Positions 1-9,541 of a DNA stretch of 64,000 bases are shown piece after piece. The notes under the pieces are model-generated. The model did not search any database and was not told the origin of the DNA. It saw nothing but the letters and a program-made list of their open reading frames with translations. The position numbers were made by a program, and so were the translations under genes. Positions within the stretch are counted from its first letter, which is position 1, and each line of letters begins with the position of its first letter. This stretch comes from a virus, in IMG/VR virus record IMGVR_UViG_3300024336_000001, positions 1 through 64,000 of that record, one strand, 5' to 3'.

Positions 1-711
1 CGCTTTTAGGACACTTCCGGTTTCTGGATCTTTTAACTCAACTATGGTCGCCAAGTAATTTGTCTCGTCCAACTCTCCAGAGTCCGCCACAGGGACACCG
101 GTTTTATCTATCGCATCTGCATATTGAGTAGCATCCGCAATGGTAACTTCGGTATCAGTAACAGATACAGACTCACCTTCTACCTCTTTGTCATAAAGCT
201 GTAAAATCGCATCGGTTGTATTCCCTGCGATGTTTGTAAGGTCTGCTCTCTTTGGCACGTTGGTTGCTTTAGGGTTTGTGTAGGTTGGGATGTCGCCAAA
301 CCAATCTGAAATACCAGACCCCAATACTTCTTTTCGACAGGTCCTTAAATAGTTTAAGTCATCCTCTAAGTTTTGCTCCTGCCTTACCTCATAGTCTATG
401 CTGGATTCATCAGCAAAGGTCGCTGATGCACAGATAGCATTTGAAGCGTCTGTGTAACCAGTAATCCTATAGGTTCCTTGGTTTGCACCGGACAAAATCC
501 TTATAAAATCTCCTATAGACTGTAAAGAAAATGGACTATTAACTGAGTCCGTAAAAACTGTTGGCGAAGCTGTTAAAACACTCCCGTCACTTTCGCTTTG
601 CTTGAGCTTACCGTGGGTTTCAGCTTGCGCTAACGGATAATCCGCCACCAAGTCATCATAAGTCAACGACCCTTTGACCTGGCTTATTTGTTCCATAATA
701 CTTCTAGGCAT
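1..711 (-). CDS. Probable virion structural protein, runs off the left edge (not in the ORF track)
   Basis: ATG at 711 (MPRSIMEQISQVKGSLTYDDL...) preceded by an AAGGAGG RBS; frame stays open to position 1; lies in the late operon. Confidence 0.7.
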   Translation of the reverse strand, partial: MPRSIMEQISQVKGSLTYDDLVADYPLAQAETHGKLKQSESDGSVLTASPTVFTDSVNSPFSLQSIGDFIRILSGANQGTYRITGYTDASNAICASATFADESSIDYEVRQEQNLEDDLNYLRTCRKEVLGSGISDWFGDIPTYTNPKATNVPKRADLTNIAGNTTDAILQLYDKEVEGESVSVTDTEVTIADATQYADAIDKTGVPVADSGELDETNYLATIVELKDPETGSVLKA

Positions 712-791
712 AATAGTTCCTCCTTATTATTTTTTTTGTTTTTCTATGGATATCTAAAAAAAGCTAGAAGTGTCTGTTTTTAAAGCTTGGT

Positions 792-1256
792 CTAATTAAA
801 AAAGATATAATTAACCAATGTCTCTGCGCCAATATCAAAAGTAAACGTTATTTGTGTTTCGTTTGTCTCTTGATAGTCTCTGTCCATTGCTGTGTCTGAG
901 CTATGCGGCGTTAAAAATTGACCGGCCACATAAACATGTAAATTTCTGCCGTGATGACTTGGATCCAACCTATACTTCAAGCCGTTCGGCAACGTATGGG
1001 GTAGCCCTTTAAAAATATCTGAGGCTGTTAATTCAACAACCCTTAGTGGCGAGGTGTGAGTGTGATCTGGAATTCCAATAACAACTTCATCAACTTTTCC
1101 AGGCGCATACTCTTTTTCTAAGACAATCTCTGGCTGAACATCAATTACTATATTTGCTGATTGTTGCTGCTCAACTACAATCGTTTCGCAATCTGTCTCT
1201 ATTAGCTCATATGTCTTTTCTTGCTCAACTATAACTTCACAACAATTTACGCTCAT
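792..1256 (-). CDS. Hypothetical virion-associated protein
   Basis: 154-aa ORF overlapping its neighbour by 4 nt, downstream of the portal gene. Confidence 0.55.
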   Translation of the reverse strand: MSVNCCEVIVEQEKTYELIETDCETIVVEQQQSANIVIDVQPEIVLEKEYAPGKVDEVVIGIPDHTHTSPLRVVELTASDIFKGLPHTLPNGLKYRLDPSHHGRNLHVYVAGQFLTPHSSDTAMDRDYQETNETQITFTFDIGAETLVNYIFFN

Positions 1257-1603
1257 CGTGTCACCGCATTTGCCGCCTTAACCCCTCCCGCAAATAACTT
1301 GTCTACCTTGCTAGACGGGCTGGTTAAGAAAAAGTCATAAACTGCATCATTCCAGGTAAAATCTTTTGTGACTGTTGCTAAAATACTTATCTTTACTTGT
1401 CCGGGCGAGGCATTCAATATAACGCCTCCGTTAGTTGTCGTTAGCTCTACCAAAATATCAGTCGAGTCTATAACGCTTCTAATGTGCATTGCTGCTGTAT
1501 AGCCAGACAAATCCTTTTCGTTTCCGTCTGTGTCCTTTAAGATAAAAATTTTCTCAAAGGTGGCTCCTTTTTCTATTGTCAGATCTCTCTTAATGGCAGG
1601 CAT
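1253..1603 (-). CDS. Phage structural beta-sandwich protein (LtfC/BppU-like)
   Basis: DLTIEKGATF...DLSGYTAAMHIR...AVYDFFLT pattern typical of this phage family. Confidence 0.6.
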   Translation of the reverse strand: MPAIKRDLTIEKGATFEKIFILKDTDGNEKDLSGYTAAMHIRSVIDSTDILVELTTTNGGVILNASPGQVKISILATVTKDFTWNDAVYDFFLTSPSSKVDKLFAGGVKAANAVTR

Positions 1604-1681
1604 TCGTCATACCTCCATTTTTCGTTGCTGATCTTATAAAAATTATACTAGCACTAATTTTTCGTTTTGATATTTTCATTT

Positions 1682-3442
1682 TTAGCCAACCTTTTCAATC
1701 CAACGTCCTTTTGATCGTTTGTAAGTTTGTCTAACTGAGGCCCAGGAATGTCTTGCTGATTCTAAATGGTTGCTATTTTTAATGCTCTCTCTATAATTAC
1801 CGACCCAAATATTTAGAGCTTTAAATGGCAATTTTATTAAACTTGCCAACTCTTTTTCGGCATCATCTGACCGCTCCAAAATTGCACTAAATACATCTTT
1901 TGGGAAAACAATGGCATCTTCAGAAGCCGTTGTAGATGGCTTTGGATTTTGGGGCGCATTCATGGTGTCACCTCCACGAGTCGGCACTTCATTGCCTGGC
2001 CTTCCAGGATCTTGCTTTTCTTTTACTTTATTTACAGCTTCCTCTATAGGCATCATTGATGTTAGCGTTGGAAGGTATAAATCGCCTTTCTCAAGCTCTT
2101 CTTCTTTGTTTTGCTCTTCAATATCAGGATCATAGCCCGCTTTTATAAGGGCTGTTTGTTTGCTAAGTGCGCCACGATCTAACAAGAATGTTTTTTCTTT
2201 AAGATCAATACCAGCTTCTTTCAGTAGCGAGTCATCATAAATTAATTTCGGCATATTGCTTTTTGCAATATCGCCCTTGATAGTGGTGTGAAGAAAAAAC
2301 TCGTCCCATACCCTAGAGATTCCTTCTCTGTATTTTTTAACCTTTGCAATAAGCCTTTTCAAATTAATAAAGCCTGCCGCAAAATTAGAACCATCCCCTA
2401 ACATTAGGATCTTACCAACTCCACCCCAGGTCATAATTCTTGCGTCCGGGGATTGATATTTTATGGGATCAAAAATCTTTGTGTCCGGGAAATGCGAATC
2501 GATTTCTACGGTATGATTGGTAAACAACCAAATTGCTTTTCCAAGCGCATTAAATTCTTTTTTTAGCCCGTCCAAATCTACTTTCTTTGCCCAATTTTGT
2601 GTACTTCCGGCTTTTGGCCCGGATGTTATGCTTTCTCCGGCTTTTACCTGCATAATAAAGTTCTTTATCATAAAGGCTACGGAGTAGTCACCATCGATTA
2701 ACATATCCCTGTTTTCAACCGAATCAAATATTTGCCTCATTCTCGGCGGTGTCATCCTATCCGAAAACCCATCCAAGTTTGCAATTAACCAATATTCGTT
2801 ATCATCATTATTCAATAAAACCATTCCGGCTTTTTTAGAAAGCACAGATAATGTGGTTCTACTCCGAGCAGCATCAATGTATTTTTTTGGGAAACTGTTT
2901 AATAATTTTCTTTCTTCTGTATTTAAGGTTCCGGCATTAGCCAGCTTTTTTAAAAACTCCGGGACTCTTAAATAGACAACGGATTTATTGTTTATTGTCG
3001 GAATAATTTCAAGATCGTAAGGATTCAGCACATTAACATAATCGACTGTAACATCAGTCTTCATCTTCCAATGTAGAACTATGTTTGAGTAGGTACACAT
3101 GCTATTCCACATCTGCTCGTTTAAACCCAACAAATTAAATTTTTCGATTATAGGAGTGAATTTTTGCCTGGCACGTTTGTTTTTCATATAAAACTGTGTG
3201 CCACGATTACCAAACTCAAGCTGGGTGTCTATTATGGATCCAACCAAATCATCATTCTCTCGTAATTTTTTCGCCTTTTTAAATTGGGCTTCAAGATCTG
3301 AAGGAATCGCCTTGTTTCGAAGGTTGCGTACAGACGTAAAAAGATCCTGGACCTTCCCATCTCTAAAAGATGAAATTTCCTGTTTTGTTACATAGCTCCC
3401 GCTCTTAGAGCGTGGAGACACAGAACTTGCTTTCTTTGGCAA
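1682..3442 (-). CDS. Probable portal protein
   Basis: 586 aa, directly downstream of and overlapping TerL, with a Pro/Gly-rich C-terminal linker (DPGRPG); call is mainly positional. Confidence 0.6.
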   Translation of the reverse strand: MPKKASSVSPRSKSGSYVTKQEISSFRDGKVQDLFTSVRNLRNKAIPSDLEAQFKKAKKLRENDDLVGSIIDTQLEFGNRGTQFYMKNKRARQKFTPIIEKFNLLGLNEQMWNSMCTYSNIVLHWKMKTDVTVDYVNVLNPYDLEIIPTINNKSVVYLRVPEFLKKLANAGTLNTEERKLLNSFPKKYIDAARSRTTLSVLSKKAGMVLLNNDDNEYWLIANLDGFSDRMTPPRMRQIFDSVENRDMLIDGDYSVAFMIKNFIMQVKAGESITSGPKAGSTQNWAKKVDLDGLKKEFNALGKAIWLFTNHTVEIDSHFPDTKIFDPIKYQSPDARIMTWGGVGKILMLGDGSNFAAGFINLKRLIAKVKKYREGISRVWDEFFLHTTIKGDIAKSNMPKLIYDDSLLKEAGIDLKEKTFLLDRGALSKQTALIKAGYDPDIEEQNKEEELEKGDLYLPTLTSMMPIEEAVNKVKEKQDPGRPGNEVPTRGGDTMNAPQNPKPSTTASEDAIVFPKDVFSAILERSDDAEKELASLIKLPFKALNIWVGNYRESIKNSNHLESARHSWASVRQTYKRSKGRWIEKVG

Positions 3443-5270
3443 ATTTTTCCCTCTCTAGTTTTTTTCCCGTAATAAATTTAGGCTGATTCGACATATCAAT
3501 GGCCTGTGATCCAATAGATATTATTGGCTCATCTCTTTCAAGACCTTCTGCCTTGGTCATTTCCTCATAAAGATATGTTCCGAAAATGGCATATAGTAGA
3601 GAATACGCACTGTCTTTTTTCCTGGTTGATAGAAAAGTAAACTGCCCTCTTGATGTTATAGACGGCTTCCCGGTCTGCTTATCAACTTTTTGTTTTATCC
3701 CTTGCAACTGCATCATTGTCAGCTCAAGGTTGTAATAAGCTATTTCCTCTTCAGTTAATTTAGATAAAAGATGGTTTCTGCTCTTCATGTCCTTATCCAT
3801 AATCCGATGAAACAACACACTTATTTCTTCGCTATACGGGACAATAAATTTTTCCTTTTCAATGAAATTTTTAAGAAGGTTGTGTGCGTTATTAACCAGG
3901 ACATCATCTCCGGCCATCGAACCTATAATTTCTTTGACTGCTAAAGTCCCACGGCTAAACCAATACAAAATGTTTTTTCCGCCAGCTTCAATACTATCAA
4001 CATCAAAAATAGGGATTACATTCTTTACACCACCCGGAAGCATTATTTTGTTTTTAGATAATGGCCCTGTTAAAAATTGGCCGCCACCGCCAGGATCAAC
4101 AACAATCATTGGCCCAGGGAATTTGTCCTCTACCTCGTGTATCTCGCAAGCCATTTGGTCTGCATCAAGATTGTTCTTTGTGACTTGATATATAAATTGG
4201 TGAGCAAACTTGGCTTTTGGAGAGAACTTAATAACTGAAATAGCAAAATCATCTCCCTTACCTTTGATGGATCTGGCTACGTCACAACCTTTTATGTAGA
4301 TGTCTCCATCAACGCCTTTTAACATCGGTTTGATATTAATTGTCCTTATTTTTTTTATCATTTCATATTCGTAATAACCAAGGCTACCTGCAACCCATTT
4401 CCCTTTATAATCTCGCTCAAATAGTTCTGTAGGTAACATTGCTTTGGATTCTTCAATAGCTTCTAAGTCTGTAAGGTCTTCTCTTCCATCTTTTATTAGG
4501 TCTTCATAACTATAGGACTCGTACCCGTAATTAGGGCTTTTTTCCCTAAAAGTTTTTGTAATAAAATATTTTGCTCTTTTATAGGACTCGTGAAACATAT
4601 AATTAGGTGTACTAAAAAACGCTTTGTGGTTACTAAGAGCATTTTTGATAAGCTGATCCTCTTTGTTTTCTGCCCTGATTTTATGAAACGGGTTGATTCG
4701 TGTAGCACGAGATTTTATAACTGTGTCTATCTCTTCCTGGGAATGATAATGGGCAAACTCATCCAAATAGATATCGTTACATCGTTCCGATCTCAACCGA
4801 GTAGATCCTGTCATGATAGCTGGCGGGACACCTCTAATTTCGTTGCCATTAGCAAGCTTTACAGAATATAAATCTGAGGTTTTGGATACCGGCGATTTTA
4901 TGTCATCTGCAAAATGCGCCCTATATCCTGGGATCTCATGAAACCACGGCTCCAGGTAAGTATCAAAAACAAGCTTTACGCCACCATAGGTGTGAGAAAT
5001 AATCATTTGGACTCTGTTTGGTAACAAAATAGCCCTTAAAGCCATAAGTAACGCTATGCGGAAGGTTTTCCCGGTCCCGTACCCGCTGCAATCCATGAAT
5101 GAGGATTTAAACCAGCTCTCATTAAGACAGGTGATTTGAAAATAGGCTAACTCAAAACCAAATATCGCCTCTACTGCCAAAAGCGGGTTTTTAATATAAT
5201 CTATTCTTTGCTCCAAAGGAATCTTGTGCGTTACCCTATCTTGTACAAATATTGAATTACTCATTGTCAC
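3405..5270 (-). CDS. terL: Terminase large subunit
   Basis: Walker A-like SGYGTGKT, Walker B IYLDEF, FFSTP coupling motif, RNase H-like acidic motifs GCDVA, VVDPGG and KKDSAYS. Confidence 0.85.
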   Translation of the reverse strand: MTMSNSIFVQDRVTHKIPLEQRIDYIKNPLLAVEAIFGFELAYFQITCLNESWFKSSFMDCSGYGTGKTFRIALLMALRAILLPNRVQMIISHTYGGVKLVFDTYLEPWFHEIPGYRAHFADDIKSPVSKTSDLYSVKLANGNEIRGVPPAIMTGSTRLRSERCNDIYLDEFAHYHSQEEIDTVIKSRATRINPFHKIRAENKEDQLIKNALSNHKAFFSTPNYMFHESYKRAKYFITKTFREKSPNYGYESYSYEDLIKDGREDLTDLEAIEESKAMLPTELFERDYKGKWVAGSLGYYEYEMIKKIRTINIKPMLKGVDGDIYIKGCDVARSIKGKGDDFAISVIKFSPKAKFAHQFIYQVTKNNLDADQMACEIHEVEDKFPGPMIVVDPGGGGQFLTGPLSKNKIMLPGGVKNVIPIFDVDSIEAGGKNILYWFSRGTLAVKEIIGSMAGDDVLVNNAHNLLKNFIEKEKFIVPYSEEISVLFHRIMDKDMKSRNHLLSKLTEEEIAYYNLELTMMQLQGIKQKVDKQTGKPSITSRGQFTFLSTRKKDSAYSLLYAIFGTYLYEEMTKAEGLERDEPIISIGSQAIDMSNQPKFITGKKLEREKFAKESKFCVSTL

Positions 5271-5979
5271 CCTCTATCATTTCCAAATACTCAGCCTCTT
5301 TAGCTTTCTGCGCTTTCTTGGCTTTGATTAGTCCTGGGTGGTTCTCGGCCTTTTTTTTAAACATTGCAAAATCAAGCCCGCTTTTCTTTTCAAATTCTTT
5401 TTTCTCCTTATCGCTTTCTTCCCGCTTGCTCTTCTCCTCTCTCCATTGCTGTAAATATTTAGTAAAATCAAAAATTGTCTTGGTTAGCTTTGTTATAGAA
5501 TCAATATGTCTTTTTTGAATATCGTCTCTATCAGCCAAATTTTTTACGTCTAGTTTAGCGGTCTCTATCTCTTGCCATAAGCTTTCTATCTGAAGCTCTG
5601 CCTTGATTATTTGCTTAAGAATAAACATCATTCCCGGATCTTCTTTGTTGACTTGATAGTGCTTTATGTACTCTGCTTCCCGCTCTGAGAAAATAATACG
5701 TGCCTCTTGTTCGCTTATTGCCCCAGCCTTTTCGCTAAATTCAACAAACTCTTCATCCGTAGCTTGGTTTGATTCCTTTATACGCAAATGATGTCGGCGA
5801 CTTCTCCTTAAATCATCTAGTGACATCTCTGCAAATGCCTTGACCATCTTGTACCTGTTTTGATCGATAGGCTCCCCTTCTTCAGTTTTGCGCTCATATT
5901 CCTCTAGCTGTGCTTGATTCTTTTCTTTGAAATCTTGCGCCCAATTTGTAAGGTCATCTATAATGTTTTCATTAGTCAT
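5257..5979 (-). CDS. Putative terminase small subunit
   Basis: Helical, charged 240-aa ORF immediately upstream of and overlapping terL; positional call. Confidence 0.45.
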   Translation of the reverse strand: MTNENIIDDLTNWAQDFKEKNQAQLEEYERKTEEGEPIDQNRYKMVKAFAEMSLDDLRRSRRHHLRIKESNQATDEEFVEFSEKAGAISEQEARIIFSEREAEYIKHYQVNKEDPGMMFILKQIIKAELQIESLWQEIETAKLDVKNLADRDDIQKRHIDSITKLTKTIFDFTKYLQQWREEKSKREESDKEKKEFEKKSGLDFAMFKKKAENHPGLIKAKKAQKAKEAEYLEMIEGDNE

Positions 5980-6043
5980 ATTGTGATAATAACTATGTTT
6001 GGCAAAAAAAATAATTTAGTTTTTGGTATAGGATAATTAGAAA

Positions 6044-6625
6044 ATGGAAGAAAAGGCTCGGAAAGATAAAGATTTTAAAAGAAAAGCTGAGATGCTTACT
6101 TTTTTGATGCGTATTTTACGGATTAAAGATCTAAGCGCAGAAGAAATTAAGGTTATAAATCTGATTTATGCTCTTAGTAACGAGAGTAATTGTGCCAGGA
6201 TTTCTTTTGAAAATCTACGTGCCGCCGGGCTGCATAGCACAGGCGTTAAAGAGCAGATATTATCTGACCTTAGAGAGAAAAATATAATTTTACCGCTCAC
6301 GAAAAATACAAAAAACACAATCAAAGAAAAAATCTGCTCTAACTGCTTGTTAAGATATGGTTCTAAAGAATGCAATAAGCGATATCCCACGTTTTATATA
6401 AACAAAAATCACAAGTCCTGGGTTTTAAAAAAGAAACCATCTTTTAACGATCATTTGATATCTGAACTTCTTAAAGACAACGGTATCGAAATGCCTGTTA
6501 TAGAAGACATCCCTTTAAATAAACAAATTGAGTTTAAGAAAAAATTAGATTTTAAGACCGATGCAGAAAGAAATGCTTATTTTTTTGAAGAATTCGATAA
6601 AGAGCGGGCTAAAAAATCTGAATAA
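6044..6625 (+). CDS. Hypothetical protein, possible winged-helix/Zn-binding regulator divergent from the late operon
   Basis: Basic protein with a CSNC...C cluster; shares a 64-bp intergenic region with the TerS candidate. Confidence 0.4.
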   Translation: MEEKARKDKDFKRKAEMLTFLMRILRIKDLSAEEIKVINLIYALSNESNCARISFENLRAAGLHSTGVKEQILSDLREKNIILPLTKNTKNTIKEKICSNCLLRYGSKECNKRYPTFYINKNHKSWVLKKKPSFNDHLISELLKDNGIEMPVIEDIPLNKQIEFKKKLDFKTDAERNAYFFEEFDKERAKKSE

Positions 6626-6848
6626 AAATCACAACCACATTGATTACCGTTAGTATTGTTATGGCTATTGTTAAGTTTTTCATTTGTTGGGTCATTTTAA
6701 GCATTCTTTGGTTTTGTTCTTCAGCCTCACGCCTAGCCAGCTCCTCCCTATAAAAGCTTAACCCAGCCGTAGTATTTTTTGCCACCTGATCGTATTTTGC
6801 CTCTAGCTCTTCTTTTGTTAATTTATGAAGGTCTTTATAAGTTTCCAT
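6609..6848 (-). CDS. Small protein with a C-terminal membrane anchor
   Basis: Hydrophobic C-terminus LTIAITILTVINVVVIFIQIF. Confidence 0.6.
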   Translation of the reverse strand: METYKDLHKLTKEELEAKYDQVAKNTTAGLSFYREELARREAEEQNQRMLKMTQQMKNLTIAITILTVINVVVIFIQIF

Positions 6849-6851
6849 TAT

Positions 6852-7277
6852 TTATTCCAATTCATAAGGAAAAACGTCTCCATCCCACCACTTTACAAGC
6901 TCCTTATTGTCTAGCATCTGCTGGTAATTATATTTTATTCCGTTTTCTATTTCTTCACAAACCTCAATAGATTTCGGTCCTGAAGGCGTTAGCTTATGGC
7001 CTGTTCTTTTTATTTCATCTATTATTTCAATGGCTTTTTTCATAAACCAGCAAGCTTTTTTTCTCTCTCCCATAAAGTAATATGTATAAGCTATGCCTTC
7101 ATGTCCAAAATAATGATAAGGTATCTTTAAAATTAATTTTTTATATTCTATCTCAGCCTCTACTAGCTTTCCTTTATACAGTAACTTGTCTGCTTTTTCA
7201 TGATGCTGCTCGTCTCCCATTTCAGAAAGCGGTTTTATATCAGGAAATTCTTGTTGAAACGGTTCAATATAATCCAT
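6852..7277 (-). CDS. TPR-like protein
   Basis: A..LLYKGKLVEAEIEYKK...P...GIAYTYYFMGERKKA TPR pattern. Confidence 0.55.
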   Translation of the reverse strand: MDYIEPFQQEFPDIKPLSEMGDEQHHEKADKLLYKGKLVEAEIEYKKLILKIPYHYFGHEGIAYTYYFMGERKKACWFMKKAIEIIDEIKRTGHKLTPSGPKSIEVCEEIENGIKYNYQQMLDNKELVKWWDGDVFPYELE

Positions 7278-7283
7278 TTTAGT

Positions 7284-8201
7284 TTATATGTTTTGCTGAA
7301 GCCCTTTATCAAAAATATCTAATTGTTTGGGGGACGGCCTATGTTCTTTTACTTCTATAACCTCATATTCTGTTTTTAACCCTGTTTCTGTTTGCCATTG
7401 TGTTTTTTTTACTCGGCACATTAATATATCGCCTTTTGAGAAGGAAATTCTGCTTTTATCTACTTTAGATAAAAATACTTCATCTTTAATTAAAACGCTT
7501 ATACTGCTATTTCCATCATGAAGCCGCCACTTATTATCATCTTTAAAAGCTAAAGATACTATAGAATAAGCTGCCTCATGTTCGCTCTCTACTAATAACT
7601 CATCTTCTGCTTGTGGAGCCTTAAAAATATCAAGCTCTTCTTTATTGATTGATTGTACAGTTTTTTTCTTTTGCTTAACTTCAAACTTTTCTATGCCAGG
7701 ATCTTGAAGAGGGGCCAATGTATCTTCAACAGACTTTCTGATATTTCTTTCCTGATACATTCTCATTAAATATATAGGTATTTCAAATTTTTCATTATCA
7801 ATTTCTATTCTTATTTGTCCGTTCTTAAGATCTTCTATTTTCTCTGGCTGCTTTCCCTTTAGTTTTCTAATAAGCCAATATAAACAAATCCCGGCGGTTA
7901 CTGTCTCTCCACCAAAGATCAAGTTTCTTATTTCGGTAGCAGTTTTTATGTTTTCGCTTGAAAATAATTTAGTGAGTTGAGAAGTTAGGCTTTGTGTTAG
8001 CTCTAGGACTATTTCAAAAGAACCTGGTTCGTGGGCTTTTACCTGAACCTTTATTGATGTTTCCGCTCCATTAACAAGCCTATTTGTCTCATCAAGCAAT
8101 TTCCCCATAGATAAAAGAGCTGGAGCTAATTCCTTTACATCCATAGAGTGATTTTTTAAAGATTCTCCATCATACGAAATGGTTAATTCAGTACCGTTCA
8201 T
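7284..8201 (-). CDS. Conserved hypothetical protein of mobile elements
   Basis: 305-aa ORF; the N-terminus ISYDGESLKNHSMDVKELAPALL resembles a prophage accessory family, function unknown. Confidence 0.6.
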   Translation of the reverse strand: MNGTELTISYDGESLKNHSMDVKELAPALLSMGKLLDETNRLVNGAETSIKVQVKAHEPGSFEIVLELTQSLTSQLTKLFSSENIKTATEIRNLIFGGETVTAGICLYWLIRKLKGKQPEKIEDLKNGQIRIEIDNEKFEIPIYLMRMYQERNIRKSVEDTLAPLQDPGIEKFEVKQKKKTVQSINKEELDIFKAPQAEDELLVESEHEAAYSIVSLAFKDDNKWRLHDGNSSISVLIKDEVFLSKVDKSRISFSKGDILMCRVKKTQWQTETGLKTEYEVIEVKEHRPSPKQLDIFDKGLQQNI

Positions 8202-8244
8202 ATAAATATGTTATCACATAACAAAATTTACATCTTCTGAATTT

Positions 8245-8319
8245 TGGTAGCCCCGCCCGGAATTGAACCGGAGTTACTAGGATGAAAACCTAGTGTCCTA
8301 ACCACTAGACGACAGGGCC
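8245..8319 (-). tRNA. tRNA-Glu (anticodon TTC)
   Basis: Reverse complement GGCCCTG TC GTCTAGTGGTTAGGAC A CTAGG TTTTCAT CCTAG TAAC TCCGG TTCAATT CCGGG CGGGGCT A CCA folds as a cloverleaf with encoded CCA. Confidence 0.95.
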
Positions 8320-8327
8320 TTAGTTAA

Positions 8328-8750
8328 TCACTTTTGAGAATCACAAATCTCAAACCTTCTACACTCACAGGGAGAATCAGAAGAATCCATTTTTTTTATA
8401 ATATTATAGTAATAATTTTTTACCTTAAAATACGTGAGTATCGTTATGGCCTCCCCTCTATTGATACCTTTTTCTTCTAAATCTCTTTCTATGTCTCTAT
8501 ATCCTTTAAACTCCGTTAAACCCTCATCCTTTGTTTCTATTTGCCTCAATATACTATCCATATCTTTTATTTTTTGATTACTAATATATTCTGTGTTGGG
8601 TATTTCTTTATCAACAACTTCTTCGATCCCATTTAACAAACCAAAAATTTCAGCATCCCCCACAGGTAAAACCACCCCTTCCATATGTTTTTGTGTTCTG
8701 TAAATCTCACCTAAAACCTTACCTAAAAATAATTTCGTATCTAAATCCAT
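8328..8750 (-). CDS. Hypothetical protein
   Basis: 140-aa ORF with a GGAGG RBS. Confidence 0.6.
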   Translation of the reverse strand: MDLDTKLFLGKVLGEIYRTQKHMEGVVLPVGDAEIFGLLNGIEEVVDKEIPNTEYISNQKIKDMDSILRQIETKDEGLTEFKGYRDIERDLEEKGINRGEAITILTYFKVKNYYYNIIKKMDSSDSPCECRRFEICDSQK

Positions 8751-8759
8751 TTTGTCCTC

Positions 8760-8906
8760 CTAATTTTTATTTTTTATCAATCTAAATAAATTTGTGTTGC
8801 ATTTTCTACAAGTGCCCTTCACTGCCTTTTTCCCGCCTTTTGCAACAATTTCTTTAAGATCTCGTATCTCACGCTTTTCTTTGCACTTTGTACAATAGGC
8901 TTCCAT
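8760..8906 (-). CDS. Small zinc-ribbon protein (DUF5679-like), not in the ORF track
   Basis: MEAYCTKCKEKREIRDLKEIVAKGGKKAVKGTCRKCNTNLFRLIKNKN; two CxxC motifs. Confidence 0.75.
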   Translation of the reverse strand: MEAYCTKCKEKREIRDLKEIVAKGGKKAVKGTCRKCNTNLFRLIKNKN

Positions 8907-9055
8907 TTTACTTCCCTTTATTGTTCCTAAAGTTTGACCTATTATATACAGATCTATAAGAAGATCGTTTCTTAAACAAGCCTTTAACCCAACTAAACAA
9001 CAAAAGACCTATTATTAACCTTACTAGTTGTCTCCTTCGTCTCTGTTTATGTTTT

Positions 9056-9268
9056 TCAAGTAATCGTATCATTCTTTTCCTTTTGCTCTTTTAAATATTC
9101 CTTCATAGTCTTTGGTTTGGGTATATCTATCTTTAGTTTTTTTGCCTGCTCTATAATTTCTTCAACTCTTTTTAAGTCTGGACATATTATAGGCTTTCTC
9201 GTCTCTTTGCTGCTTTTTATTGCTTCAGAAACTTTGCCCCCTCTATACGAACTTAAATATATTTCCAT
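9056..9268 (-). CDS. Hypothetical protein
   Basis: 70-aa ORF with a GGAGG RBS. Confidence 0.5.
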   Translation of the reverse strand: MEIYLSSYRGGKVSEAIKSSKETRKPIICPDLKRVEEIIEQAKKLKIDIPKPKTMKEYLKEQKEKNDTIT

Positions 9269-9280
9269 TAAACCCTCCAG

Positions 9281-9541
9281 TTAATACCGATATAGCTTCA
9301 TAGCTTCGTCATCACAAGGGACAAGATCTCTGATGACCTCTTTGGTTTTACACTTATCTCCATTCGTCATTACAAAAGAATACAGTTTTGTTGCAAGGTG
9401 ATAATAAATAGCCCAATCGTGCTTAATTCCCCTCACAGCAACCCACCTTACCGGATCTTTGTGTAATACTGGGTTTTGGGTGACACCTTTGGCAAAATCT
9501 AATTCAGGTTCCATAGCGTTTAATTTTTCAACCGTTAGCAT
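9281..9541 (-). CDS. Hypothetical protein
   Basis: 86-aa ORF overlapping the end of the rep-like gene. Confidence 0.55.
   Translation of the reverse strand: MLTVEKLNAMEPELDFAKGVTQNPVLHKDPVRWVAVRGIKHDWAIYYHLATKLYSFVMTNGDKCKTKEVIRDLVPCDDEAMKLYRY

Noticed and set aside
8245-8319. tRNA as a prophage attachment site or boundary
   Set aside because: Phage genes continue on both sides, no duplicated tRNA 3' end was seen and no integrase is adjacent.
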